Origin: an uncultured Solirubrobacterales bacterium
GTDB taxonomy: Bacteria > Actinomycetota > Thermoleophilia > Solirubrobacterales > Solirubrobacteraceae
Assembly (NCBI GenBank): GCA_963771915.1
Contig: CAVYVD010000002.1
Coordinates: 506,511 to 570,510, forward strand
Direction of reading: 5' to 3'
DNA: 64,000 nt
Part shown: positions 31,522 to 41,131 of the stretch, one piece after another
Layout: each line of letters opens with the position of its first letter
Position numbering within the stretch: the stretch's first letter is position 1
Notes under the pieces: model-generated
The model's database searches: none
Told to the model about the DNA's origin: nothing
The model's input: the letters and a program-made list of their open reading frames with translations, nothing else
Translations under genes and position numbers: made by a program

Positions 31522-33071
31522 GAGCGGATCAGCGCCAGCACCTCGTCGCGGCGGCGCTCCATGTCCTCGTGGGAGCGCAGCGACTCCAGGCAGAGGCGCA
31601 GCAGCGGCTCGGTGTTGGAGGGGCGCACGTTGAAGTGCCAGTCCTCGTAGTCGATCGAGATCCCGTCGAGGTGGGACTGCTCGGCGTCGGCGTAGCGCGC
31701 CGCGATCTCCTCCATCTTGGCCCCCTGGTCGGCCACCTCGGAGTTGATCTCCCCCGAGATGAAGTAGTGCTCGCGGTAGCGCTCCAGCAGCTCGGACATG
31801 CGCTTGCCGGTCCTCGAGAGGTGCTCGAGGATGAGCAGCGCGGGCAGCGTGCCGGAGTCGGCGCAGTAGAAGTCGCGGAAGTAGTAGTGCCCCGAGACCT
31901 CCCCCCCGAACAGGGAGCCCTCGGCGCGCATCCGCGTCTTGAAGAAGGCGTGGCCCACGCGGTTGACATAAGGGATGCCCCCCGCCAGCCTGACCGTATC
32001 GGGGACCGCGCGCGAGGCGCGCACGTCATAGAGGATCGCCTCGGGTGAGCCCCCCGTCCCGGACTCTCGGCCGTCCCGTCCCGTCCCGCCGCTTCCCGGG
32101 CGCTTGCTCAGCAGCGACTCCGCCAGTAGCGCGGTGAGGAAATCGCCGTCCACGAAGCGCCCGGTGTCGTCGATGAAGAAGCAGCGGTCCGCGTCCCCGT
32201 CCCACGCGATCCCGAGGTCGGCGCCGGTCTCGTGCACCTTGTCGATCACGAACCGCCGGTTCTCGGGCAGCAGCGGGTTGGGCTCGTGGTCGGGAAAGTT
32301 GCCATCGGGGGTCCAGTAGGTCTCGATCAGATCGAGCCCCAGGCCCTCCAGCAGCGGACCCACCATCGGGCCCGCCATGCCGTTGCCGCCGTCCACCACG
32401 ACCTTCAGCGGCCGGCCGACTCGGGAGACGCTCGCGTCGCTCGCATCCCCGGATAGGCCGACGCCGGGAGACATTCGCCGCCGGCCGTCCCCGTTTCGGC
32501 CAACCGAGCGGATCGTCTCAGGCTCGATGAAGCGCAGCGCGGCCTCCCGGAACTCCGCCGCGACATCCACCTCCTCCACCGAGCCCCGCGGGGCGGGGGG
32601 GCGGCCGGGCGGGCTTCCATCCCCGTCCAGTCCCGCCTCGATCAGCCGGCGGATGTCCTGGATGCCGCTGTCCCCCGAGAGCGCGAGCGCTCCCTCGCGC
32701 ACGAGCTTGACGCCGGTGTAGGCCTTGGGGTTGTGCGAGGCCGTGCACATCAGCCCCCCGTCGAGCTCGCGGGAGCCGACGAGGTAGTAGAGCATCTCGG
32801 TCCCCACCTGCCCCGCGTCGAGCACGTGCACGCCCTCGGCGAGCAGGCCCTCCCGGTAGCGCGCCGCGAGCTCGGGCGCGGTCAGGCGCATGTCGCGCCC
32901 CAGCCCCACGCGCAGCTCACCGGTCGGCTTGCCTTCCAGGCTCCCTAGCACCCGCGCGAACGCGCGGCCGATCAGCTCGGCGATCTCACCGTCGATCTGC
33001 TCGCCGTAGAGGCCGCGGATGTCGTAGGCCTTGAAGATCTCTGGGGAGGGAGCACGCACAGCGTCTCGCAT
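31518..33071 (-). CDS. manB: Phosphomannomutase/phosphoglucomutase
   Basis: IFKAYDIRG, TASHNP, DGDADR, GEVSGHYYF, RPSNTEP. Confidence 0.95.
   Translation of the reverse strand: MRDAVRAPSPEIFKAYDIRGLYGEQIDGEIAELIGRAFARVLGSLEGKPTGELRVGLGRDMRLTAPELAARYREGLLAEGVHVLDAGQVGTEMLYYLVGSRELDGGLMCTASHNPKAYTGVKLVREGALALSGDSGIQDIRRLIEAGLDGDGSPPGRPPAPRGSVEEVDVAAEFREAALRFIEPETIRSVGRNGDGRRRMSPGVGLSGDASDASVSRVGRPLKVVVDGGNGMAGPMVGPLLEGLGLDLIETYWTPDGNFPDHEPNPLLPENRRFVIDKVHETGADLGIAWDGDADRCFFIDDTGRFVDGDFLTALLAESLLSKRPGSGGTGRDGRESGTGGSPEAILYDVRASRAVPDTVRLAGGIPYVNRVGHAFFKTRMRAEGSLFGGEVSGHYYFRDFYCADSGTLPALLILEHLSRTGKRMSELLERYREHYFISGEINSEVADQGAKMEEIAARYADAEQSHLDGISIDYEDWHFNVRPSNTEPLLRLCLESLRSHEDMERRRDEVLALIRS
32414..32501 (-). 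repeat. Palindromic coding element, copies 3+4 (tandem, in manB)
   Basis: Reverse complement ggccgaaacggggacggccggcggcgaatgtctcccggcgtc-ggcctatccggggatgcgagcgacgcgagcgtctcccgagtcggcc. Confidence 0.8.
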
Positions 33072-33086
33072 CCTAAGCTCTAGGCC

Positions 33087-33839
33087 ATGTCAGGACACTC
33101 CAAGTGGTCGAGCATCAAGCACAAGAAGGCGATCGTGGACTCCCGCCGCGGGGCCGCGTTCACGAAGCTCGCGCGCGCCGTCACGGTCGCCGCGCGCGAA
33201 GGCGGGGGAGACCCCGACGCGAACGCCGCCCTGGAGAACGCGATCCGCAAGGCCAAAGCCGCCTCGATGCCCAAGGACAACATCGAGCGCGCGATCGCCA
33301 AGGGTACCGGCGAGGGCGGCGACGCGGACGCCCTGGAGACCGTGATCTACGAGGGCTACGGCCCCGCCGGCGTGGCGCTTCTGGTGGAGACCGTCACCGA
33401 CAACCGCAACCGCACCGGGCCCGACGTGCGCAACCTCTTCACCAAATATGGCGGCTCCCTCGGCGAGCCGGGCTCGGTGGCCTACCTGTTCGACAAGAAG
33501 GGCGTGATCGTCGTGGACGCCTCGCGCTACACCGAGGACGACCTGCTCGTCGCGGTGGAGGCCGGCGCGGAGGACATCTCCGAGGACGAGGACGTCTTCG
33601 AGGTGATCACTGCCCTGGGGGACTTCACCGCGGTGCGCCGCGCGCTGGAGGAGGCGGGGATCGAGCTGGAGAGCGCTGAGCTCACCTACCGCCCCTCCAG
33701 CCTCGTGCCGATCGAGCACGAGGGCCAGGTGGTGAAGCTGATGAAGCTGATCGACGGCCTCGAAGAGAACGACGACGTCTCGGCCGTGCACGCCAACTTC
33801 GACGCCCCCGCCGAGCTGCTCGCGCGCGCCGTTGGCTGA
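33087..33839 (+). CDS. yebC: YebC/PmpR family protein
   Basis: MSGHSKWSSIKHKK, YEGYGPAG, TDNRNRT. Confidence 0.97.
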   Translation: MSGHSKWSSIKHKKAIVDSRRGAAFTKLARAVTVAAREGGGDPDANAALENAIRKAKAASMPKDNIERAIAKGTGEGGDADALETVIYEGYGPAGVALLVETVTDNRNRTGPDVRNLFTKYGGSLGEPGSVAYLFDKKGVIVVDASRYTEDDLLVAVEAGAEDISEDEDVFEVITALGDFTAVRRALEEAGIELESAELTYRPSSLVPIEHEGQVVKLMKLIDGLEENDDVSAVHANFDAPAELLARAVG

Positions 33840-34575
33840 CCGCCCACCCGTCGTGATCCTCTGCGGCGGTCGCGGCGTCCGCTTGCGGGAGCGGGGCGCC
33901 GCCGCCGAAGGCGGTGGTCGCGAGATCCCCAAGCCGCTCGTGGAGATCGGGGGCAGGCCGATCGTCCAACATGTGATCGAGCTGTATGCCGCTCAGGGGT
34001 TCAGCCGCTTCCTGCTCGCGACCGGCTACCGCGGCGAGCTGATCGAACGCTTCGCCGCCGAGCAACCCTGGCCGGAGGGCGTCCAGGTGCGCTGCGTGGA
34101 CACCGGCCCGGACACCCCCACGGGTGCCCGTGTCAAGCTCCTGGAGGGGCTGCTGACGGGGGAGCCCACGTTCTGCCTCACCTACGCCGACGGCCTCGCC
34201 GACATCGACCTCGCGCGGCTGCTGCGCTTCCACGAGAGTCACGGTGCGCTCGCCACGATCACCGTGGTGCGTCCCGAGCTGCAGTTCGGGGTGGCCGAGC
34301 TGGACGGGGAGAGCGACCGCGTGCTCGGCTTCCGCGAGAAGCCCCGCTCCGAGCACTGGATCAACGGCGGCTTCCTCTGCCTGCGCTCCGGCGCGTTCGA
34401 CTATCTCGCGCACGACTCCGTGCTCGAGCGCGAGCCACTGCAGCGGCTCGCCGCCGCCGATCAGCTGCGCGCCTACCGCCACGAGGGCTTCTGGGAGTGC
34501 ATGGACACCTACAAGGACGCCGTCGCGCTCAACGACCTTTGGGCCTCTGGCACCGCACCGTGGCGCACTCCTTAG
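33832..34575 (+). CDS. Sugar-phosphate nucleotidyltransferase (glucose-1-P cytidylyltransferase-like)
   Basis: ILCGGRGVRL, PKPLVEIG, VDTG, TYADG, INGGF, HEGFWECMDT. Confidence 0.88.
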   Translation: MADRPPVVILCGGRGVRLRERGAAAEGGGREIPKPLVEIGGRPIVQHVIELYAAQGFSRFLLATGYRGELIERFAAEQPWPEGVQVRCVDTGPDTPTGARVKLLEGLLTGEPTFCLTYADGLADIDLARLLRFHESHGALATITVVRPELQFGVAELDGESDRVLGFREKPRSEHWINGGFLCLRSGAFDYLAHDSVLEREPLQRLAAADQLRAYRHEGFWECMDTYKDAVALNDLWASGTAPWRTP

Positions 34576-34608
34576 AGGCGTCCGACCGCCCGCGCAGAAT
34601 CACGTTCC

Positions 34609-35115
34609 ATGATCGTCCTCGGGATCGACCCCGGCCTCGCCAACGCCGGCTACGGCGTCGTCGCTCGCCGTGGGCGCCGTATGGCGGCGCTCGACGGGGG
34701 CGTGATCGACACGCCCGCCGGAGTCACCCTGGAGTTGCGCCTGGCAAGCGTGCACGAGCGCGTGCTGGAGCTGATCGACGAACACCGCCCCACCGCGATG
34801 GCTTTGGAGCAGCTGTACTTCGGCCAGAACGTGCAGACTGCTTTCGCGGTCGGGCACGCCCGCGGGGTGACGATGCTCGCCGCCGGCGAGCGCGGGGTGC
34901 CGTGCTTCTCCTACACCCCTCAGCGCGTGAAGTCCTCCGTCTGTGGCAACGGCCGCGCCCCCAAGGACCAGGTCGCGCGGATGGTGCAGACGCTGCTCTC
35001 GCTCCCCGAGCCGCCCACCCCCGACCACGCCTCCGATGCGCTCGCGGTGGCGCTCTGCCACTTGAACGCCGCCCCCTTCGCCCACGCCCTCGCCGAGGCG
35101 GTAGGGGCGCGGTGA
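34609..35115 (+). CDS. ruvC: Holliday junction resolvase RuvC
   Basis: LGIDPG, EQLYF, GHARGV, DHASDALA. Confidence 0.96.
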   Translation: MIVLGIDPGLANAGYGVVARRGRRMAALDGGVIDTPAGVTLELRLASVHERVLELIDEHRPTAMALEQLYFGQNVQTAFAVGHARGVTMLAAGERGVPCFSYTPQRVKSSVCGNGRAPKDQVARMVQTLLSLPEPPTPDHASDALAVALCHLNAAPFAHALAEAVGAR

Positions 35116-35161
35116 TGGCGCCTTCCGTTGCGCCTTGTGGCAAGGACGCTGGAGAACCCGC

Positions 35162-35788
35162 GTGATCGCGCTGCTGCGAGGCGAGGTCGCCGTGCGCCGC
35201 GCCGACCACGTGGTGATCCTCTGCGGGGGGATCGGCCACCGGGCGGCCGTCTCCGCGGAGACCCTGCGCCACGTCCCCGCCGTCGGCGGCGAGACCACGC
35301 TGCACACCCACCTGATCGTGCGCGACGATGCGCTCGCGCTGTACGGCTTTCACTCCGAGCAGGAGCGCGACCTCTTCCTGATGCTGCTCTCCGTGCAGGC
35401 CGTCGGGCCCAAGGTCGCGCTCGCGGTGCTCTCCGCCGGGCCGCCGCGGGAGCTGGTGGCCGCGCTCGCCGCGGGCGACGCCGCGCGCCTGCAGGCGGTG
35501 CCGGGGATCGGCAAGCGCACGGCGGAGCGGATCATCGTCGAGCTGCGCGAGAAGGTGGGGGTGAGCGCGGACATCGACATTGGCGCCGCCGCGGCCGGCG
35601 CCGCGATCAGCGCTCGCCGCGTGGAGGGCCCGCGCACGCTTGCCCGCGACGGGCTGCTGGAGCTCGGCTACAGCCACGGCGAGGCCGAGGAGCTGCTGCG
35701 CGAGGCGACGGGCGAGAGCGCCGAGGAGCTGATCGCGCAGGCGCTGCGTACGGCGGGGCACCACGTCCGAAGGAAGTGGTCGGGGTGA
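35162..35788 (+). CDS. ruvA: Holliday junction helicase subunit RuvA
   Basis: LYGF, VGPKVAL, VPGIGKRTAERI. Confidence 0.96.
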   Translation: MIALLRGEVAVRRADHVVILCGGIGHRAAVSAETLRHVPAVGGETTLHTHLIVRDDALALYGFHSEQERDLFLMLLSVQAVGPKVALAVLSAGPPRELVAALAAGDAARLQAVPGIGKRTAERIIVELREKVGVSADIDIGAAAAGAAISARRVEGPRTLARDGLLELGYSHGEAEELLREATGESAEELIAQALRTAGHHVRRKWSG

Positions 35789-35874
35789 ATGTGCGCTCGA
35801 TGACTCCCCCGGCATCGCCACCCGGCCCCCGGCGCAGAGAGTTGCGCGGCGGGGCCGCGTGGGGGGGCTGAGTC

Positions 35875-36903
35875 ATGACACGCATCCAAACCCCCGACCT
35901 GGACGAGCACGATGAGCTCGAGGAGGAGCTCGAGCGCTCGCTGCGCCCGCGCCGCCTGCGGGAGTTCATCGGCCAGAGCGCGCTGCGCGAGCAGCTCGCG
36001 GTCGCGATCGAGGCCGCCGCGGGGCGCGGGGAGGCGCTCGACCACCTGCTGCTCGCCGGGCCCCCCGGACTCGGCAAGACCTCGCTCGCGCAGATCGTCG
36101 CGAGCGAACTCGGAGCGCCCTTCGTGCAGACCGCGGGGCCGGCGCTGGAGCGAAAGGGAGACATCGCGGCGTTTCTCACCGCCCTGGAGCCGCGCAGCGT
36201 GTTCTTCGTCGATGAGATCCACCGCCTTCCGCGCGCGCTCGAGGAGACCTTCTACCCGGCGATGGAGGACCACCGCCTGCCGATCACCGTCGGGCAGGGA
36301 GCGGGAGCGCGCGTGGTGACGCTCGATCTGCCCCCCTTCACGCTCGTGGGGGCGACCACCCGCGCGGGGCTGCTCACCACCCCGCTGCGCGACCGCTTCG
36401 GCATCCAGGCGCGACTTGAGCCCTACGCGATCGAGGAGCTCGCCGCGATCGTCAAGCGCTCTGCGGGGATCCTCAAGATCCCCCTCGAGGAGGGCGGCGC
36501 CACAGCGATCGCCGCGCGCAGCCGCGGCACCCCCCGCGTGGCCAACCGGCTGCTGCGGCGCGTGCGCGACTACGCGCAGGTGCGCATGGAGGGCGTCCTC
36601 ACCGCCGCCGCCGCGCGCGCGGCGCTCGAGTTGCTGGAGGTCGACGAGCGGGGCCTGGACCGTCTCGATAGGGAGATTTTGCGCGCGATCTGCGAGAAGT
36701 TCGACGGAGGCCCCGTGGGGCTCTCCACGCTCGCGGTGGCGGTCGGCGAGGAGCGCGACACGATCGAGGACGTCTACGAACCCCACCTCCTGCGGGAGGG
36801 CTTCATCAAGCGCACCCCCCGCGGGCGCGCCGCCACGCCCGCCGCGTTCGCCCACCTCGGCCTCGAGCCCCCCGAGTCGGCCGGCGGCGCGGCGCTCTTC
36901 TAG
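35875..36903 (+). CDS. ruvB: Holliday junction helicase RuvB
   Basis: [29 protein letters not shown]. Confidence 0.98.
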   Translation: MTRIQTPDLDEHDELEEELERSLRPRRLREFIGQSALREQLAVAIEAAAGRGEALDHLLLAGPPGLGKTSLAQIVASELGAPFVQTAGPALERKGDIAAFLTALEPRSVFFVDEIHRLPRALEETFYPAMEDHRLPITVGQGAGARVVTLDLPPFTLVGATTRAGLLTTPLRDRFGIQARLEPYAIEELAAIVKRSAGILKIPLEEGGATAIAARSRGTPRVANRLLRRVRDYAQVRMEGVLTAAAARAALELLEVDERGLDRLDREILRAICEKFDGGPVGLSTLAVAVGEERDTIEDVYEPHLLREGFIKRTPRGRAATPAAFAHLGLEPPESAGGAALF

Positions 36904-37050
36904 GCGTTCCGACCAGTAGAGCCTCCGCGCGGCGCCTTCCCTACTCTTTGTGTCTAGGGGCCGGCGAGCCGAGCCCCTCTCAGTTCGGTCAATAGGGTGG
37001 CGCAGCCAGCCGAAGGCCGGCGAGCCGAGCCCAGCTTCTTTCGATCAGAC

Positions 37051-37500
37051 ATGTCCCATCCCTTCATCTGCCCCAACTGCGGCCACCGCTCCAGCGAGCT
37101 CGACCGCAACCTCGGCTTCACCCGCCAACCGAAGGGCTGCGCGAAGTGCGGGTTCGCCTTTCTCTTCGAACTGCTCGACGACTACTACCCCGCCCCGGAC
37201 GCCGCGTTCTTCGTCTGCGACCGCGAGGGGCGGGTGATCGGCTGCGGCAAGAACTCCTTCGCCCTCACCGGCCTTGAGGAGGAAGCGGTGATCGGGCGGC
37301 CCGTCGCGCAAGCGCTCGGCCTGGAGTTCTCCGGCGGGGACGATCCCGTGGGCACGGTGCTCGAGTGGGGGGTGCGCGCGCTCGGCAAGCCCGTGCGCGT
37401 CAGCGGCGACCGCGACCTGCCCGCCACCGCGCACGCCGACATGTTCCCCGCCTACGACGACGAGGGCGGTCTTTTGCTCGTGCTCACCCCCGACAAGTAG
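37051..37500 (+). CDS. Zinc-ribbon + PAS-like domain protein
   Basis: CPNCG...CAKCG, then CDREGRVIG...LTGLEEEAVIGRPV. Confidence 0.75.
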   Translation: MSHPFICPNCGHRSSELDRNLGFTRQPKGCAKCGFAFLFELLDDYYPAPDAAFFVCDREGRVIGCGKNSFALTGLEEEAVIGRPVAQALGLEFSGGDDPVGTVLEWGVRALGKPVRVSGDRDLPATAHADMFPAYDDEGGLLLVLTPDK

Positions 37501-37625
37501 TCTTGGATCCGAATGACCGCCCCGCCGTCGACCGTAACATCGCACCGTCACGCGCATAGGCCCTCGACCATGCTGCCGTCTCACCCGTGCTCAGACGCGG
37601 CGGGACGGCCAGCCTACGGCTGCCA

Positions 37626-40600
37626 ATGAGCGACCGCCGCCGCAACTCGCTGGTCCTGCTGATCGTCGCCGTTCTGCTGGCGGTCTCGGCAGTCGTGATC
37701 GCGAGCAAACCGACCCGCCTGGGCCTCGACCTGAAGGGCGGGGTCTCCCTCATCTACAAGGGCACCCCCACCCCGCAGGCGAAGGTCGACAACGAATCGC
37801 TCGAACGCGCAATCGACATCATGCGCAAGCGCGTCGACCAGCTGGGCGTCGCCCAGCCCGAAATCCAGCGCACCGGGTCGGCCGAAATCGACGTCTCGCT
37901 GCCGGATGTGCACAACGTCAAACAGGCCCAGGAGCAGGTGGGCAAGACCGCGCAGCTCAACTTCTACGACTGGGAGCCCAACGTGATCGGCCCCGAAGGC
38001 ACGCCCGCGCCGACCGAACGCAACGTCACCGGCGACGGCAGTGCAGAAGGTCCGGCCGGGGTGGGTTCCGGTGTGCCCGAGTACCAGGCGGTCCTGCGCG
38101 CCGCCAAACGCAAGGCGATCATCCGCCCGAACGACACGACGTTTCAGCCGGGCTGCACACCGGCCCAGGTGGACGGCTGCATCTACGGCGCGTGGTACCT
38201 GATCGACACCAAGCACGAAAAGGTTCTCTGCGCTGGCGGCAAGCCGATCTGCGGCCCCGCGGACACCGAATCGGAGCTCTACGCCGATGGCTACAAACCC
38301 CCGGCGGGCGCGAAGGTGAAGGCGGTGCACGTCAATCCGGGCACGGTGCTCGCGGAGGCGCGCCCCGGAGAATTCGAAAGCAAAGTCACCAAGGCGGAAC
38401 CCAACAGCTTCTACGTGCTCAACGACAACCCGGTGATGAGCGGCGAAGACATCACCAACCCCGCGCAGGGCACCCAGAACGAAGGCGGCGGCTCGGGCGC
38501 GCCGGACGTCACCTTCGGCTTCAACTCCCATGGGCGCAAGGTCTTCGAACGCGTCACCAAGGAAATCGCCCACCGCGGCGAACTCGCCCAGCTCCCGGGC
38601 GTCAGCAAAAACAACGCGCTGCAGCACTTCGCGATCGTGCTCGACGAACAGGTGATCACCGCGCCCTCGATCAACTACGCCGAATACCCCAATGGCATCG
38701 ACGCGAGCAACGGCTCGCAGATCACCGGCGGCTTCACGCTCACCTCCGCCCAGAACCTCGCCGATGAGCTGCAGTCCGGCGCGCTGCCGATCAAGTTGGA
38801 ACTGATCTCCAAATCGCTGGTCTCCGCGACGCTCGGCAAACGGGCGCTCAGCCAGGGTCTGCTCGCGATGCTGCTGGGGCTGGTGGTCGTGTGCCTCTTC
38901 CTGCTGACCTTCTACCGCGTCCTGGGGATGGTCGCGATCGGGGGCCTCGCGATCTACAGCGTCTACTACTTCGCGCTGATCAAGGCGATCCCGATCACGA
39001 TGACGCTGCCGGGCATCGCCGGCCTGATCCTGACGATCGGCATCGCGGCTGACGCGAACATCGTGATCTTCGAGCGCGTCAAGGAGGAGATCCGCGCGGG
39101 GCGCTCGATCCCGGCGGGGATCGCCGCCGGCTACAAACGCGGCTTCGCGGCGATCGTGGACGCCAACGTGGTGACGTTCATGACCGCCTTCATCCTCTTC
39201 GCGCTGGCCACCGCCGAAGTCCAGGGCTTCGCCTTCACGCTCGGCCTCGGGACGCTGCTCTCGCTGTTCACCGCCGTGCTCGCCACGCAGGCCGTGCTCG
39301 GCGCGATGGGCCGCTCGCGCATGGTGGGCCACCCCACGATGCTCGGCGCGGCTCGGCGCCGGCGCGCGCTGCGCTTCGACTTCATGGGGGCCTCCAAGTG
39401 GTTCTTCTCGCTGTCGGGCACGATCCTGCTGATCGGGGCCCTGGCGATCGGCGGCAAGGGGCTGAACCTCGGCATCGACTTCACCTCCGGTACTCGCATC
39501 CAGACGGGGCTCGTCAAGCCGGCCACAGAGGAACAGATCCGCGCGGTGCTGCGCGCGCACAAACTCGGCGACGCCCAGATCCAGAAGCTCACCGGCGACA
39601 AGAACGTCGGCGGCAACGGCTACCAGATCTCGGTCAAGCACCTCAAACCCGTCGAAGTGGTCACGGTCGAAGAAGCGCTCAACAAGGCCTACACCCTGCG
39701 CGACACCTCCAACACCTCGATCGGGCCGACCTTCGGGCAGTCGGTGGCCAACAGCGCGGTGCTCGCGATCATCGCCTCGCTGATCGTGATCTCCGTGTAC
39801 ATCGCGCTGCGCTTCGAGTGGAAGTACGCGGTCCCCGTGCTGATCGCGCTGATGCACGACCTGCTGATCACGGCGGGCGTCTACGCGCTCACGGGCCGCG
39901 AAGTGACGACCTCGACAGTCGCCGCGCTGCTGACGATCCTGGGGTACTCGCTGTACGACACGATCATCGTCTTCGACCGCGTGCGCGAGAACGTGCCGCG
40001 GATGCCGCGCGCCGCGTTCTCGCAGATCGTCAACCGTTCGATGTCGGAGGTCATCACGCGCTCGCTGGCGACGAGCCTCTGCACGCTGCTGCCGGTGCTC
40101 GCGCTGCTCCTGTTCGGCGGGGAAACGCTGAAGGACTTCGCGTTCGCGCTGATGGTGGGGATCGCATCCGGCGCGTACTCCTCGATATTCATCGCCTCGC
40201 CGGTGCTGACCCACTGGAAGGAACGCGAGGGCTCCTACCGCAACCGCCGCGCGCGTCTGATCCGCGACTTCGGCGCCGTGCCCGCATACGCGACCGCGCT
40301 GGACGGCTCCCCGATCGACGTGGAGCCCACGGGGCGCCGCTCCGGGCGGGGGGGCGCCGGTCGTCTGGCCGGGGTCGGCGGGATCCTGGGTTCGAGGGGC
40401 GCCGCCGCGGGGGGGGCCGGAGACGAGGTATCCCAGGAGGAGTTCGACAAGATGGTGCGCGATCTGGACATCGAGCGCGACGACGTGCCCTCGCCGCCCA
40501 CCCGAGCCACTCCGGGGGCCTCTCGCCGGGGCGCCCGCGGCAATGGCCGCCGTGATCGTGCCGGCAGCGGGAGCGGGCCTCCAGCTTCGGGTGCGGGCAC

Positions 40601-40784
40601 GGGCACGATGCCCGTGGGGAGGACCTCCTCGAAGGCCCCCTCCGGCGCGGCGCCGGCAGAGCCCACGCCTCCGTCGGGGCCGCGGGACCCCGCGGCCGAC
40701 CTCACTCCGGAGGACCTTGTGCTCAAGGAACAGCCCAAACGCCAGAAGAGGCCACGCAACCGCCGTCACGGGAGGAGCCGCTGA
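37626..40784 (+). CDS. secDF: Fused protein translocase SecDF
   Basis: LGLDLKGG, SGALP, DANIVIFER, LGIDFTSG, GYSLYDTIIVFDRVREN. Confidence 0.97.
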   Translation: MSDRRRNSLVLLIVAVLLAVSAVVIASKPTRLGLDLKGGVSLIYKGTPTPQAKVDNESLERAIDIMRKRVDQLGVAQPEIQRTGSAEIDVSLPDVHNVKQAQEQVGKTAQLNFYDWEPNVIGPEGTPAPTERNVTGDGSAEGPAGVGSGVPEYQAVLRAAKRKAIIRPNDTTFQPGCTPAQVDGCIYGAWYLIDTKHEKVLCAGGKPICGPADTESELYADGYKPPAGAKVKAVHVNPGTVLAEARPGEFESKVTKAEPNSFYVLNDNPVMSGEDITNPAQGTQNEGGGSGAPDVTFGFNSHGRKVFERVTKEIAHRGELAQLPGVSKNNALQHFAIVLDEQVITAPSINYAEYPNGIDASNGSQITGGFTLTSAQNLADELQSGALPIKLELISKSLVSATLGKRALSQGLLAMLLGLVVVCLFLLTFYRVLGMVAIGGLAIYSVYYFALIKAIPITMTLPGIAGLILTIGIAADANIVIFERVKEEIRAGRSIPAGIAAGYKRGFAAIVDANVVTFMTAFILFALATAEVQGFAFTLGLGTLLSLFTAVLATQAVLGAMGRSRMVGHPTMLGAARRRRALRFDFMGASKWFFSLSGTILLIGALAIGGKGLNLGIDFTSGTRIQTGLVKPATEEQIRAVLRAHKLGDAQIQKLTGDKNVGGNGYQISVKHLKPVEVVTVEEALNKAYTLRDTSNTSIGPTFGQSVANSAVLAIIASLIVISVYIALRFEWKYAVPVLIALMHDLLITAGVYALTGREVTTSTVAALLTILGYSLYDTIIVFDRVRENVPRMPRAAFSQIVNRSMSEVITRSLATSLCTLLPVLALLLFGGETLKDFAFALMVGIASGAYSSIFIASPVLTHWKEREGSYRNRRARLIRDFGAVPAYATALDGSPIDVEPTGRRSGRGGAGRLAGVGGILGSRGAAAGGAGDEVSQEEFDKMVRDLDIERDDVPSPPTRATPGASRRGARGNGRRDRAGSGSGPPASGAGTGTMPVGRTSSKAPSGAAPAEPTPPSGPRDPAADLTPEDLVLKEQPKRQKRPRNRRHGRSR

Positions 40785-41086
40785 TGGGCCTCCTGGGCTG
40801 GGTGATCATGGGCCTCGCGATCTGGCACTTCACGATCTTTCTGCCGGACCGCTTCTGGGGCGGGATCGTCGGCGCGTTCGTCGGCTCGCTGCTCGGGGCG
40901 GTCGTGATCGGCACGCTGATCTACAGCATCAAAGTCTCCGGTCTGATGATCCCCGGGAAAAAGGCGACCGACATCGCGGTCGTGCTCTACGCCGTGCCCG
41001 GGGCGCTGATCGGGATCGCGGCGGTCTACTTCGAGGGGATGCGCCGGGAACAGGCCCATCGGGGATCGGCCGGCGCGGCCGGCTGA
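40784..41086 (+). CDS. Small membrane protein
   Basis: Three hydrophobic segments; the start overlaps the secDF stop. Confidence 0.75.
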   Translation: MGLLGWVIMGLAIWHFTIFLPDRFWGGIVGAFVGSLLGAVVIGTLIYSIKVSGLMIPGKKATDIAVVLYAVPGALIGIAAVYFEGMRREQAHRGSAGAAG

Positions 41087-41131
41087 AAGACAGCCTCTTC
41101 CGTCCAGTCCCCCCCGTAGTGTGGGCTGGGA

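Noticed and set aside
37770-38830. Horizontal acquisition of the SecDF P1 domain as the cause of its codon bias
   Set aside because: The same GAA preference appears in separate short outside loops and in unrelated genes
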